DNA from: Vulcanimicrobiota bacterium | Lineage (GTDB): Bacteria > Vulcanimicrobiota > Vulcanimicrobiia > Vulcanimicrobiales > Vulcanimicrobiaceae | Assembly (NCBI GenBank): GCA_963733295.1 | Contig: CAVTCS010000003.1 | Location: forward strand, 2,848,001 to 2,912,000 | DNA: 64,000 nucleotides | Reading direction: 5' to 3' | Shown here: positions 47,216 through 57,147 of the stretch, piece after piece | How the letters are laid out: each line of letters begins with the position of its first letter | Numbering within the stretch: the stretch's first letter is position 1 | Notes under the pieces: model-generated | The model's input: the letters and a program-made list of their open reading frames with translations, nothing else | The model's database searches: none | Told to the model about the DNA's origin: nothing | Position numbers and translations under genes: made by a program

Positions 47216-47665
47216 CTAGCGACCCGCGACCCTCGCCAGCGCGTCGAGCGACGCGGCTTCGTTTACGCCGAGGCGTTGCGCAAAGCGGCGTTGCGCCGCG
47301 AGCCAGAACGGATAGGCCTTGCGCAAAAGCGCCGCGCCGCGTGCGGTCAGAAGCACGACCTTCGTACGGCCCTTTGCGTTTTCGAGCTTGACGAACTTGC
47401 GCGTCACGAGCGGCGCGAGGTTGCGCGTCAACGTCGTTCGATCCATCCCGAGCGCGTCCGCGAGCGGCGTGAGCGCGATGGAGCCCGCCCGTTCGACGCT
47501 CGCGAGCAGCGAATACTGCGTAACCCGAATTCCGACGGGCGCGAGTGCTTGGTCGTAGAGTTGGGTGACGCGTCGCGCGCTGCGGCGAAGTATCGCGCAG
47601 TGACACGCCGCCCGGTCCGCGGGAAGTACCCGGGCGGCTTCGGGACCGGCAGTTGCGCCAGGCAT
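47216..47665 (-). CDS. MarR-family transcriptional regulator
   Basis: CHC..LRRSARRVTQLYD, QYSLL, MDRTTLTRNL; divergent from MFS. Confidence 0.9.
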   Translation of the reverse strand: MPGATAGPEAARVLPADRAACHCAILRRSARRVTQLYDQALAPVGIRVTQYSLLASVERAGSIALTPLADALGMDRTTLTRNLAPLVTRKFVKLENAKGRTKVVLLTARGAALLRKAYPFWLAAQRRFAQRLGVNEAASLDALARVAGR

Positions 47666-47667
47666 AA

Positions 47668-47681
47668 ATTGCATATACAAT
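47668..47681. promoter_or_regulatory. Putative MarR operator overlapping the MFS -10 box
   Basis: Imperfect palindrome ATTGCATATACAAT containing TACAAT, 10 nt before the MFS ATG. Confidence 0.6.
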
Positions 47682-47691
47682 ACGCGGGCCG

Positions 47692-48975
47692 ATGAAACCT
47701 CGCAAAGCCGCCGGCACCCATTACGCCTGGCTCGTCGCCGCGTTAGCCTTTCTGGTCCTGCTGACCGCGGCCGGAATCCGCTCGACGCCTGGCGTGCTGA
47801 TGCTGCCGATGGAGCGCGACATGGGCTGGTCGGCGGCCACGATCTCGCTCGCCGTCGCGATCAACATCGCCTTGTTCGGCTTGATGGGTCCGTTCGCGGC
47901 GGCGCTGATGCAATCGATCGGCGTGCGCGCCACGCTGCTCTTGGGACTCGGCGTACTCGCGCTCGCGACGGCCGCGACCTCGCTGATCGCGACGCCGCTC
48001 GAACTCGTGTTGACCTGGGGCGTCGCGGTCGGGCTCGGCGTCGGACTGATCGGTTTGGTCGTTGCCGCCACCGTTGCGACCCGCTGGTTCGTCGAGTCGC
48101 GCGGCACCGTCGTCGGCATCTTGACCGCCGCGAATGCGACGGGTCAGCTCGTTTTTCTGCCGGCGTTCGCCGTGCTCGCGCAACGCTTCGGTTGGCGTCC
48201 GCTCGGTTTGATTCTGGCCGCACTGGCGTTGCTCGTCGCGGTTCCGGTTGCGCTCTTCATGCGCGACCGGCCCGAGTCGATCGGCTTGCGCGCGTACGGC
48301 GCTCCGCCGGGCGCGCCGCCCGTCGAGCCGCCGCTGCTGCGCAGCCGGAATCCGGTCGGCGCGGCGTTCGGGGCGCTCGCCCGCGCATCGCGAAAACTCG
48401 ACTTCTGGTTTCTGTTCGGGACGTTCTTCATCTGCGGCGCGAGCACGAACGGGTTCATCGGCACGCACTTCATCGCGGCCTGCGGCGATCACGGAATCCC
48501 CGAGGTGAGTGCCGCGGGTTATCTCGCGATGATGGGCGTGTTCGACTTGATCGGAACGACCGCGTCGGGCTGGCTGACCGATCGCTGGGACAGCCGCAAA
48601 CTCTTGTTTGCGTACTACGGACTGCGCGGACTTTCGCTGATCTTCGTGCCTTTCGCATTTGGCGTATCGGGGCTCGCCGGTCTGCCGCTCTTCGCGATGT
48701 TCTACGGTTTGGATTGGGTCGCCACCGTCCCGCCCACGGTCCGCTTGACGATCGATTCGTTCGGGAAGGACGAAGGGCCGATCGTTTTTGGTTGGATTAC
48801 GGCGGGCCATCAGTTGGGAGCCGCGTCGATCGCGCTCGTGGCCGGCATCATCCGGACCGGCGCCGGCAGCTACGACTCGGCCTTCACGCTTTCGGCCGTG
48901 CTCTGTTTCTGCGCGGCGGTCGCCGTGCTCGGAATCGGCGCCGGGCGGCGCAGCCCGCGTCCCGTCGCCGCATAA
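47692..48975 (+). CDS. MFS transporter
   Basis: About 12 TM; AGIRSTPGVL, RWF..SRG, FFICGASTNG, YGLDWVATVPPT. Confidence 0.9.
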   Translation: MKPRKAAGTHYAWLVAALAFLVLLTAAGIRSTPGVLMLPMERDMGWSAATISLAVAINIALFGLMGPFAAALMQSIGVRATLLLGLGVLALATAATSLIATPLELVLTWGVAVGLGVGLIGLVVAATVATRWFVESRGTVVGILTAANATGQLVFLPAFAVLAQRFGWRPLGLILAALALLVAVPVALFMRDRPESIGLRAYGAPPGAPPVEPPLLRSRNPVGAAFGALARASRKLDFWFLFGTFFICGASTNGFIGTHFIAACGDHGIPEVSAAGYLAMMGVFDLIGTTASGWLTDRWDSRKLLFAYYGLRGLSLIFVPFAFGVSGLAGLPLFAMFYGLDWVATVPPTVRLTIDSFGKDEGPIVFGWITAGHQLGAASIALVAGIIRTGAGSYDSAFTLSAVLCFCAAVAVLGIGAGRRSPRPVAA

Positions 48976-48990
48976 CTCTTTTGGCATGTG

Positions 48991-49019
48991 CTGTCAAGAG
49001 TTGACCGAGGTGGGATAAT
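48991..49019 (+). promoter_or_regulatory. Sigma70 promoter for 6S RNA
   Basis: CTGTCA-N17-GATAAT with extended -10 TG, 7 nt upstream of the predicted RNA 5' end. Confidence 0.6.
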
Positions 49020-49026
49020 GGCGGGT

Positions 49027-49212
49027 AGACGACGACTGCGCTCGCACGCGTACTTGCTTTGGTGTGGACCAACGAAGAACCAACGGGAGCACAAGCTCCG
49101 GATACGACAGGCTAGGAGCGGCATACCCCATTCCTACCTGGCGCCCGGGCCGCACCCACCTGCGAGAGCAGGTCTTACCCGGGCATGCAGACGGCAAGTG
49201 TGGTCGTTGTCT
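49027..49212 (+). ncRNA. ssrS: 6S RNA (SsrS)
   Basis: ~186 nt; termini pair (AGACGACGACTGCGCT / AGTGTGGTCGTTGTCT); GGGAGC, GCACCCACCTGCGAGAGCAGGT and ACGGCA motifs as in Bacillus-type 6S RNA. Confidence 0.88.
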
Positions 49213-49221
49213 TTGGGAACC

Positions 49222-49962
49222 TTACGCGAGCGCCGCTAACGAGCGTGCGCGGAGCGTCGCAAAGCGCGCCAGCGCCGAGTGATACGCGTCGCGAGCGCCG
49301 TCGAGGCCGGCGCGCTCGAGCACGACGAAACCGCGAAAGCGTTGTAGCGCCGCGACCAAGCGCGCAGCGTCCGGATCACCCTCGCCGGCGAACGTCGTCA
49401 GGTTCGCGATCGAATACGTCGCGATGACCGACTTCGCTAGCAGCGACTGCGCATCGTCCAGCAGCGGCGACGCGAAGTCGGGTCCGTAGCGCAACCAAGC
49501 GCTGTCGACGTCCTTCGCGAGGCGCTTGAGGGAGGCGCCGTCCTCGCACAACGTTCCCGCCGCGTTGCGCAGCGCGAAGGTGACGTTGAGATCCTTCGCG
49601 AGGCGGCTCGCCGACTTGGCGCTTTCGACGAAGCGCCCCCAGGCGTCCGGATCGGCGCTCGCGGCCGGCGCGCGCACGGTGACGAGCGGCGCGCCCAGCG
49701 CTTGCGCTCGCTCGAGCGCTTCGCTCGCGTTTGCCCCGGCGAACGCTTCGGCGCCGAAACCGGCAACCGTCATACCGAGGTCGACGCACGCCTTGCGCAA
49801 CTGGGCGAGATACTCTCCGTCCCAGCGCGGGAAGTGGCGGGCGTCGAAGACGACGCCGTCGACCTCGAGCTCGTTCGCACAAAGATCGAGCCACTCGAGT
49901 TGCGTCAGCGTGCCGCCCCCAAGCGCGGCGTCGAAGCTCGCGCTCGAGCAAGCAACTTTCAT
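49222..49962 (-). CDS. Xylose-isomerase-like TIM-barrel protein
   Basis: MKVACSS.SF, EWLDLCANEL.VDGV, AQALGAPLV, FRGFVVLE. Confidence 0.65.
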   Translation of the reverse strand: MKVACSSASFDAALGGGTLTQLEWLDLCANELEVDGVVFDARHFPRWDGEYLAQLRKACVDLGMTVAGFGAEAFAGANASEALERAQALGAPLVTVRAPAASADPDAWGRFVESAKSASRLAKDLNVTFALRNAAGTLCEDGASLKRLAKDVDSAWLRYGPDFASPLLDDAQSLLAKSVIATYSIANLTTFAGEGDPDAARLVAALQRFRGFVVLERAGLDGARDAYHSALARFATLRARSLAALA

Positions 49963-50060
49963 AGCGTGCCGCGTTCGTTCCGGCGCGCCAAGCTTCCGTC
50001 CCAGGCGCGCCGGCGGCGCAAGCGACGGGCCGCGCACCGCCCGGCGCGGAAGAATGGCGC

Positions 50061-50570
50061 ATGAAGATTGCAGTCGCCGGGGACCACGCGGGTTACCTTT
50101 ATAAGGATCGGATCGCTCAGCTCTTGCGCAGCAAAGGACACGAGGTCCAAGACTTCGGCACGAACTCCGCTGCGCCGGTCGACTATCCCGACTACGGCTT
50201 CGTCGTCGGCGAGGCGGTAGCGAGCGGTAAGTTCGAGCGCGGAGTCCTGGTCTGCGGCTCGAGTCTGGGCATTTCGATCGCCGCAAACAAAGTCGAAGGC
50301 ATACGCTGCGCCCCGGTTTTCGAGCCGTACTCGTGCGAGCTCTCGCGGCGCCACAACGACGCGAACGTCCTGGGTCTGAGCGAGCGTCTTACGGGCTGGG
50401 AGATGATCGAACGGCTGATCGAGGTCTTCTTCGAAACGCCCTTTGACGGCGGGCGCCACGCGCACCGCATCGCGAAACTCGACTACACACCCGAGGTCCG
50501 CGCCAAGGCGCTCGCCGACTTGGCACGGGGAACCGTGACCGGCGCCGAGACGCCGGCGGTGCTCCTCTAA
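50061..50570 (+). CDS. rpiB: Ribose-5-phosphate isomerase B
   Basis: GDHAG, VDYPD, CGS.LG.SIAANK, HNDANVL, FDGGRH. Confidence 0.95.
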   Translation: MKIAVAGDHAGYLYKDRIAQLLRSKGHEVQDFGTNSAAPVDYPDYGFVVGEAVASGKFERGVLVCGSSLGISIAANKVEGIRCAPVFEPYSCELSRRHNDANVLGLSERLTGWEMIERLIEVFFETPFDGGRHAHRIAKLDYTPEVRAKALADLARGTVTGAETPAVLL

Positions 50571-50590
50571 CTGCCGCCGAAAGAAACGAC

Positions 50591-51838
50591 ATGCAGCTGC
50601 TCGACGCCAGCCTCCTCGAGGCGCAAGATCCCGAGATCGCCGCAGCGATTCGCTTTGAAGAGGAGCGCCAGCGCGACAACCTCGAGCTGATCGCCTCCGA
50701 AAACTATGCGAGCCGCGCGGTGCGCGAAGCGACCGCCTCGGTGCTCACCAACAAATACGCGGAAGGCTATCCCGGCAAGCGGTACTACGGCGGCTGCGAA
50801 TTCGTCGACCTCGCCGAGCAGTTGGCGATCGAGCGCGCCAAGCGCATCTTCGGTGCGGAACATGCCAACGTCCAACCGCATGCGGGTGCGCAAGCGAACA
50901 TGGCCGTCTTCATGGCGGTCTTGCAGCCGGGCGAGACGGTCCTCGGCATGTCGCTCGCGCACGGCGGCCACTTGACCCACGGCACTAAGGTGAGCTTCAG
51001 CGGTAAGCTCTACAACGCGGTCGCGTACGGCGTGCGGCGCGATACCGAACTCATCGATTTCGACGAAGTCCGCGCGCTGGCGCGCGAACACAAACCGAAG
51101 CTGATCGTCGCGGGCGCGAGCGCCTACCCGCGCACGATGGAGTACGCGCCCTTCCGCGAGATCGCCGACGAAGTCGGCGCCGCGCTGCTCGTCGACATGG
51201 CGCACATCGCGGGTCTGGTCGCCGTGGGATTGCACCCGTCGCCCGTTCCGTTCGCCGAGTTCGTGTCCACGACGACGCACAAGACCTTGCGCGGCCCGCG
51301 CGGCGGACTCGTGCTCTCGCGAGCGTCGGTCGCGCAAGCGCTCGACAAGAGCGTCTTTCCCGGCATCCAAGGCGGTCCGTTCATGCATGCGATCGCAGCC
51401 AAAGCGGTCGCGTTCGGCGAGGCGCTCCAGCCGCAATTCGCCACCTATCAGCGTCAAGTGATCGCGAACGCGCAGGCCCTCGGTGAAGAACTGACGCGCG
51501 CCGGCGTCAGGCTCGTGGCGGGTGGAACCGACACACATCTGCTGCTGGTCGACCTGACGCCGAAAAACCTGACGGGCAAAGCCGTCGAGAGTTATCTCGA
51601 CGAGATTCGCATCACCGTCAACAAGAACGCGATTCCGTTCGATCCGCAGAAACCCGCCGTGACCAGCGGCATTCGTATTGGCTCGCCGGCAATCACCTCG
51701 CGGGGAATGGGAGAGAGCGAGGCGCGCGAGATCGGCAAAATCATCGGCGAGGCGCTCGAAGACATCGCCGAGCGAGCCAAGATGGACGCACTCCGCCAGC
51801 GCGTCGGCGAACTCACTTCGCGCTTCGGCGTTCCGTAA
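50591..51838 (+). CDS. glyA: Serine hydroxymethyltransferase
   Basis: [41 protein letters not shown]. Confidence 0.98.
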   Translation: MQLLDASLLEAQDPEIAAAIRFEEERQRDNLELIASENYASRAVREATASVLTNKYAEGYPGKRYYGGCEFVDLAEQLAIERAKRIFGAEHANVQPHAGAQANMAVFMAVLQPGETVLGMSLAHGGHLTHGTKVSFSGKLYNAVAYGVRRDTELIDFDEVRALAREHKPKLIVAGASAYPRTMEYAPFREIADEVGAALLVDMAHIAGLVAVGLHPSPVPFAEFVSTTTHKTLRGPRGGLVLSRASVAQALDKSVFPGIQGGPFMHAIAAKAVAFGEALQPQFATYQRQVIANAQALGEELTRAGVRLVAGGTDTHLLLVDLTPKNLTGKAVESYLDEIRITVNKNAIPFDPQKPAVTSGIRIGSPAITSRGMGESEAREIGKIIGEALEDIAERAKMDALRQRVGELTSRFGVP

Positions 51839-51855
51839 GCCAAGAAGAGCTAGGA

Positions 51856-52551
51856 ATCGCCCGCGCTCCGGGTCCCAGCGTCCGCGTCGTCGGTCATCCG
51901 GCCGTCGCCGACCGCCTCGCGCGCCTGCGCGACGCAACGACGCCCGTACCTGAATTTCGGCGTCTCGTCGAAGAGCTGGGTGCGCTGCTCGCGTACGAAG
52001 CGACGCACTCGCTGCGCACCGTCGACGTCGAGGTCGCGACGCCGCTCGGACAGGCCCATGCCCGGCGCATCGCGACCCGTCCCGTCGTCGCGCCGATCCT
52101 GCGCGCCGGGCTCGGGCTCTTGCCCGGCTTTCTCTCGGTCGTTGACGATTCGATCGTCGCGCATCTCGGATTTTTTCGCGACCCGGAAACTCTCGCAGCG
52201 GTGCCCTACTACGCGAACTTGCCCGAAGACCTCAGCGGCGCCGACGTCTTCGCGCTGGATCCGATGCTGGCGACCGGACACTCGGGCGCGGCCGCGCTCG
52301 ACGTTCTGGCGGAACGTGGCGCGCGCGAAGCCTGCTTCCTGTGCATTATCGCCGCGCCGGCAGGCATCGATTTCGTACGCGCGACGCACCCTTCGGTGCG
52401 CATCGTGACCTGCGCGATCGACGAGCGATTGAACGACCACGGTTACATCGTCCCGGGCCTCGGGGACGCAGGCGACCGGATGTTCGGGAGCGCTTCTTCG
52501 GTACCATCGAAGGTATCGCGGCGGTCACACCGCGAGCCCAGAGGACGCTGA
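51856..52551 (+). CDS. upp: Uracil phosphoribosyltransferase (probable non-canonical start, ATC 51856)
   Basis: In-frame HPAV..RL..LRD..T...FRRLV and PILRAGLG upstream of the ORF-track start; LDPMLATG, YIVPGLGDAGDRMFG. Confidence 0.93.
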   Translation: MARAPGPSVRVVGHPAVADRLARLRDATTPVPEFRRLVEELGALLAYEATHSLRTVDVEVATPLGQAHARRIATRPVVAPILRAGLGLLPGFLSVVDDSIVAHLGFFRDPETLAAVPYYANLPEDLSGADVFALDPMLATGHSGAAALDVLAERGAREACFLCIIAAPAGIDFVRATHPSVRIVTCAIDERLNDHGYIVPGLGDAGDRMFGSASSVPSKVSRRSHREPRGR

Positions 52552-52614
52552 GAGTTCGGGTAACCGCACGCCTCGCTGCGGGTGTCCTACCTGAGGATGA
52601 CTAACGGAATCGGG

Positions 52615-53067
52615 ATGCGACCGGGCTGGGAAGAATACTTTATGGAGGTCGCTCGAACGGTCGCGACGCGCGCGACTTGTCCGCGAGCGAGCGTGGGAGC
52701 CGTTTTGGTGCGCGATCATCGCATCCTGACGACGGGTTACAACGGCGCACCGCGACACGTCGCGCACTGCACCGAGGTCGGTTGCGAGCTGGCCGGGGAG
52801 CACTGCGTGCGGACCACGCACGCCGAGGCGAACGCGGTCGTTCAGGGAGCGCTCTACGGCGTCTCGCTCGAAGGCTCGACGGCGTATTGCACCCATCAAC
52901 CGTGCATCGGCTGCGCCAAGCTGCTGATTAGTGCGGGCGTCGTGCGGATCGTGTACGACGCGGCCTACCCCGATCCGTTCGCGCAGGAGATGTTGTCGGA
53001 GGCCGGCGTCGCGCTCGTAGCCTTCGCGTCGCTGGAGCGCGCCCGCGCGAACGCGGGAAAGCCGTGA
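52615..53067 (+). CDS. dCMP deaminase / ComEB-family protein
   Basis: RPGWEEYFM, RATC, TGYNG, HAEANA, PCIGC. Confidence 0.9.
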   Translation: MRPGWEEYFMEVARTVATRATCPRASVGAVLVRDHRILTTGYNGAPRHVAHCTEVGCELAGEHCVRTTHAEANAVVQGALYGVSLEGSTAYCTHQPCIGCAKLLISAGVVRIVYDAAYPDPFAQEMLSEAGVALVAFASLERARANAGKP

Positions 53068-54062
53068 CGATCAACGCGATCTACGCGCTGGCCGCGGTAA
53101 CGGCGCTGTTGACCTCGCTCTTCGTCACCCCCAAAGTGCGCAAGCTTGCGCTACGCTTCGGCGTGCTCGACGCTCCCGGCGAGCGGCGCATGCACGAAGA
53201 ACCGACCCCACGCATCGGCGGCATCGCCGTCTATCTCGGGCTCGCGTTCGCCCTCTTCGTTTCGATCGGCTTCGCCCTGCACACGACGCTCTTCCACAGC
53301 GCGGACGATACGCAAAACTTCTTCGGGCTGCTTTTCGGCGGAACGCTGATCATGCTGGTGGGAGTTTGGGACGACGTCATGGGGATGAGCCCGCGCGGTA
53401 AGTTCCTCGCGCAGATCGTCGTCGCCGTCGTTTCGATGATCTACGGTTTTCATATCGGGAGCTTTCGCATTCCGTTCGGCGACATCGTCACGCTGCCGCC
53501 TTGGATCGACTACCCGCTGACGCTGCTCTGGTACCTCGGGATGATGAACGCGATCAACTTCCTCGATGGGCTGGACGGCTTACTCGCCGGCGTTACCTCG
53601 ATCTCGGGACTGTTCTTGTTCGCAATCGCGATCGGACACGGACACACCGGCGCCGCGCTCGTCTTGGCCGCGCTCGTCGGCGGCGCGCTCGGCTTTCTTC
53701 CTTACAACTTCAATCCGGCGAAGATCTTTCTGGGAGACACCGGCTCGCTCTTCATCGGCTACGTGTTCGCGACCGTCTCGATCTTGATCACGGCCAAAGT
53801 CGCGGTGGCGGTGAGTTTGCTCGTGCCGCTGGTGGCACTCGGCTTGCCGGTGATCGATACGGCGGCTGCGATCTGGCGCCGCACCGTGGCGGGAAAGTCG
53901 ATCGCCGAAGCCGATCGCAGTCACTTCCATCACATCCTGGTCTTCCGCTTCGGTCTGAACGTGCGCCAAGCGGTCTTGCTGATCTACGTTCTGTGCTTCG
54001 CGCTCGGTGCGGCGGCGTATCTGCTTTCCGGTCCCCACGTCAGAATCGGCGGAACGATATGA
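53064..54062 (+). CDS. Undecaprenyl-phosphate GlcNAc-1-phosphate transferase (TagO/WecA family)
   Basis: PRIGGI, GVWDD, NAINFLDGLDGL, YNFNPAKIFLGDTGS, HFHH. Confidence 0.92.
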   Translation: MTINAIYALAAVTALLTSLFVTPKVRKLALRFGVLDAPGERRMHEEPTPRIGGIAVYLGLAFALFVSIGFALHTTLFHSADDTQNFFGLLFGGTLIMLVGVWDDVMGMSPRGKFLAQIVVAVVSMIYGFHIGSFRIPFGDIVTLPPWIDYPLTLLWYLGMMNAINFLDGLDGLLAGVTSISGLFLFAIAIGHGHTGAALVLAALVGGALGFLPYNFNPAKIFLGDTGSLFIGYVFATVSILITAKVAVAVSLLVPLVALGLPVIDTAAAIWRRTVAGKSIAEADRSHFHHILVFRFGLNVRQAVLLIYVLCFALGAAAYLLSGPHVRIGGTI

Positions 54063-55219
54063 GCGGATCGCCGTTGCGCGTCATGAGCGTCTTCGGGACG
54101 CGCCCGGATACGATCAAAATGGCGCCGGTCGTGGGCGCGCTGCGCGAAGCCGCACCGGCGATCGAACCGATCGTGTGCGTCACCGCGCAACATCGTCGCA
54201 TGCTCGACGATCTGCTCGCGCTCTTCGAAATCGTCCCCGACTACGACCTCGACATCATGCGGCCCGACCAAACCTTGACCGAAATCACGACGCGAGTTCT
54301 GGACGGAATGGTGCCGGTACTCGAACGAGCGAATCCCGACGTCGTCCTCGTTCACGGCGACACGTCGACGAGCACAGCCGCCGCGCTCGCCGCGTTCTAC
54401 GCGCAAATTCCGGTCGGGCACGTCGAGGCCGGTTTGCGCACGACGACGATTTGGGAGCCGTACCCCGAGGAACTCAACCGCCGGCTCACCGGACGCATCG
54501 CCTCGTTCCACTTCGCGCCGACCGCGCGCGCGCGTCAGAATCTGGAACACGAAGGCGTGACGGCCGCCGATATCTTCGTCACGGGGAATACCGTGATCGA
54601 CGCTTTCCTCGACGCCGCCGGACGGACGTACGCGAACGAGCCCGGCGAGTGGTCGGGCCTCGATCCGGCGCGTCCCTGGATCTTCGTGACGGCTCACCGG
54701 CGCGAAAATCACGAGCGAATGCGCGGCATTTGCGAAGCGCTGGCAGAGATCGCCGCTTTCCCGCAGCGGCCGCAGATCTTGCTTCCGGTGCACCCCTCGC
54801 CGAAAGTCGCACCGGTCGCGCATGCCGTCCTCGACGGCGTCGCCGGCGTGAAGCTCGTCGCACCGATGGCGTACGATGTGACGGTGCGAACGATCGAGCG
54901 GTCGCGGCTCGTCCTCACCGACAGCGGCGGCTTGCAAGAGGAAGCCCCTTGCCTCGGCAAACCGGTGCTCGTGATGCGCCGCGAGACCGAGCGGCCCGAG
55001 GGCATCGAGGCCGGAACGCTCGAACTGGTCGGCGCCGAACGCGAGCATATCGTGGCGGCGACGCGGCGGCTCCTCGAGGACGAGGTGGCGTACGCGCGCA
55101 TGGCGCGCGCCAACAATCCGTACGGCGACGGTCTGGCCGCGCGCCGCATCGCGGACTGGCTGCTGGCGCGCCTGCGCGGCGGCGAGCTGCCGAGCGAATT
55201 TCGCGCGCGCGTCGCCTGA
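54059..55219 (+). CDS. wecB: UDP-N-acetylglucosamine 2-epimerase (non-hydrolysing)
   Basis: FGTRP..IKMAP, HGDT, HVEAGLR, HRREN, TDSGGLQEE, NPYGDG. Confidence 0.95.
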   Translation: MSGSPLRVMSVFGTRPDTIKMAPVVGALREAAPAIEPIVCVTAQHRRMLDDLLALFEIVPDYDLDIMRPDQTLTEITTRVLDGMVPVLERANPDVVLVHGDTSTSTAAALAAFYAQIPVGHVEAGLRTTTIWEPYPEELNRRLTGRIASFHFAPTARARQNLEHEGVTAADIFVTGNTVIDAFLDAAGRTYANEPGEWSGLDPARPWIFVTAHRRENHERMRGICEALAEIAAFPQRPQILLPVHPSPKVAPVAHAVLDGVAGVKLVAPMAYDVTVRTIERSRLVLTDSGGLQEEAPCLGKPVLVMRRETERPEGIEAGTLELVGAEREHIVAATRRLLEDEVAYARMARANNPYGDGLAARRIADWLLARLRGGELPSEFRARVA

Positions 55220-55285
55220 GGCGAGCGCTGCGGCGCGAGGCGGGAGGAGGGTTCATCCCAGCCTAGCCCAAAACGGGAAGGCGCC

Positions 55286-55660
55286 GTGTCAGAGGCTGGT
55301 TTGCGTGCATATCACGACCGCAAGCGGCCGATGGCCGTGTGGTCGGCGGCGTTTGCACTCTGTGCGGGCATCCCGCTCCTGATCTGGTCTCCGCCGGCGG
55401 CTCTCGCGCTCGCCCTAGGGACCGCGTGCGGCATCCTCAATGCACTTTTGGTCATGCGAGGCACCGAGCGCCTAGCGGGCCACGCGAGCGTCGGTACTTT
55501 TGTCTTCTCGAGCATTCTACGGATAGTGGTTTTCGGTGTGGTACCCGTCGAGTTTTGTCTGCACGCGCCCTGGTGGACCTTCGGGATCTATTTCGTCGGA
55601 TTTTTCACGCCGCTCGCACTCTACGCAATGCTCGTAGCGCGCGAGTTGCGAGCGAACTGA
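55286..55660 (+). CDS. atpI: ATP synthase protein I-like membrane protein
   Basis: 4-TM 124-aa protein immediately upstream of atpB. Confidence 0.7.
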   Translation: MSEAGLRAYHDRKRPMAVWSAAFALCAGIPLLIWSPPAALALALGTACGILNALLVMRGTERLAGHASVGTFVFSSILRIVVFGVVPVEFCLHAPWWTFGIYFVGFFTPLALYAMLVARELRAN

Positions 55661-55663
55661 GCC

Positions 55664-56401
55664 GTGGGACAGAAAGCGGAAATCGGCGTCCATTCGACGT
55701 GGCAGTGGCCGATCGTCGGGAGCGTTCACGCGGATACGATCATGACGACGTGGGTCGCGATGTTCGTCACGTTGCTGTTTTTGGCTTGGATCGGCCGGAG
55801 CTACCGCAAGCCCGAGGCTGACCGCACGCAAACCGTGTTCGAAGGCGTCATCACCTACATCTCCGACTTGATTTACGGAACCCTCGGCAAGGAGGGCGAA
55901 CCGTTCGTGCCTTTTTTCATCGCCCTCTTCATCTATCTCTTCGTGCTCAATCAATTCGGAGTGTTTCAGCTCAAGACGCTCGGCCTGCCCTTCGGCGGCT
56001 CGCCGTCGGCCGACCTCAACACGACGGTACCCTACGCGGCATTCATTTTCTGCATGATCTGGTTCGTCGCGATCCGCAAGCAGGGCGTCCGCGCGCTCAA
56101 GCATCTGCTGGAACCGTTTCCCGTACTTCTGCCGATCAACTTACTCGAACAACTCGCGCGTCCGGTGACGCTCGCCGCTCGTCTCTTTTTCAACATCTTC
56201 GTCGGCGAGATATTGCTCTTCATCATCGCCTCGTTGATCGCATCGGCGGTGAAGATCGGCCCGTTCGACCTCTCGCTGGCCGTCGCCATCTTGCCCTTCT
56301 TCATCCAATTCTTCAACTTTTTCGTCGGGACCGTTCAAGCGTTCATCTTTACTCTACTGGGAATCGTCTATCTTTCGTTGACCATCTCCGAGGAACACTA
56401 A
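55664..56401 (+). CDS. atpB: ATP synthase F0 subunit a
   Basis: PSADLN, RPVTLAARLFFN, VQAFIF.LL. Confidence 0.95.
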   Translation: MGQKAEIGVHSTWQWPIVGSVHADTIMTTWVAMFVTLLFLAWIGRSYRKPEADRTQTVFEGVITYISDLIYGTLGKEGEPFVPFFIALFIYLFVLNQFGVFQLKTLGLPFGGSPSADLNTTVPYAAFIFCMIWFVAIRKQGVRALKHLLEPFPVLLPINLLEQLARPVTLAARLFFNIFVGEILLFIIASLIASAVKIGPFDLSLAVAILPFFIQFFNFFVGTVQAFIFTLLGIVYLSLTISEEH

Positions 56402-56427
56402 ACTGACTTCTTGCGAAAGGCGTTCCG

Positions 56428-56706
56428 TTGACCTCTGAAAGCCTGATAATTGCAGCGACGATCGTCGCATTCGGACTGATCGTGCTCGGCGTTGCGTTCG
56501 GTTCGGCGGTCGGCGACGGCATCGTCGCCTCGAAGGCCGTCGAGGCAATCGCGCGCCAACCCGAGGCGCGTCCGAATATCTTTACCTTCCTCTTTCTAGG
56601 CGTCGGAATCTTGGAAGCGTTTCCCATCATCTCGCTGGGGCTCGCTTTCTACATTCTGCTCGTCGTCGTGAACGTTCCGGCGATGCTGACGCATCTGCCG
56701 AAATAG
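56428..56706 (+). CDS. atpE: ATP synthase F0 subunit c
   Basis: Gly-rich helix, ARQPE loop, LEAFP carboxylate. Confidence 0.95.
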   Translation: MTSESLIIAATIVAFGLIVLGVAFGSAVGDGIVASKAVEAIARQPEARPNIFTFLFLGVGILEAFPIISLGLAFYILLVVVNVPAMLTHLPK

Positions 56707-56718
56707 TCGAAACGGCCG

Positions 56719-57147
56719 ATGTTTCTCAGCCTCGACGGGACCTCCTTAGTGCAGTTGATCAACTTCGGGATCTTTTACTTGATTCTGAATGCGGTCTTCT
56801 TGCGTCCCGTCGGCGCGGCGATTCGCAAACGGCGCGAATACATCACCGGTGTGCGGGCGGACTACGACCGCTACCGGCATCAAGTCGACAATCTGACCCG
56901 CGAGGCCAATGAAAAGCGCGCCGCGGCGCGCCGCGAAGCAGGTGAGTTCGTGCACGAAGCGCGAGCCCGAGCCGAGAACGAGGCGAACGCGATCGTTGCC
57001 CGTTACGGGGACGACGCTTCGAAACTCACGCGCGAGGCGGACGCGACGGTCGAGAAAGAATCGGCGGCGGCACGCGCGCGCGAACCGCAACTCGTGAGCG
57101 ACCTCGCGCGGCAGCTGCTCGCGCGAGCGGTCGGAGCGCAAGCGTGA
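56719..57147 (+). CDS. ATP synthase F0 subunit b'
   Basis: DGT..VQLINF, FLRPV...I.KR, coiled coil. Confidence 0.85.
   Translation: MFLSLDGTSLVQLINFGIFYLILNAVFLRPVGAAIRKRREYITGVRADYDRYRHQVDNLTREANEKRAAARREAGEFVHEARARAENEANAIVARYGDDASKLTREADATVEKESAAARAREPQLVSDLARQLLARAVGAQA

Noticed and set aside
48988..49282. Small ORFs across the MFS/TIM-barrel gap
   Set aside because: Region is better explained by the 6S RNA and its promoter
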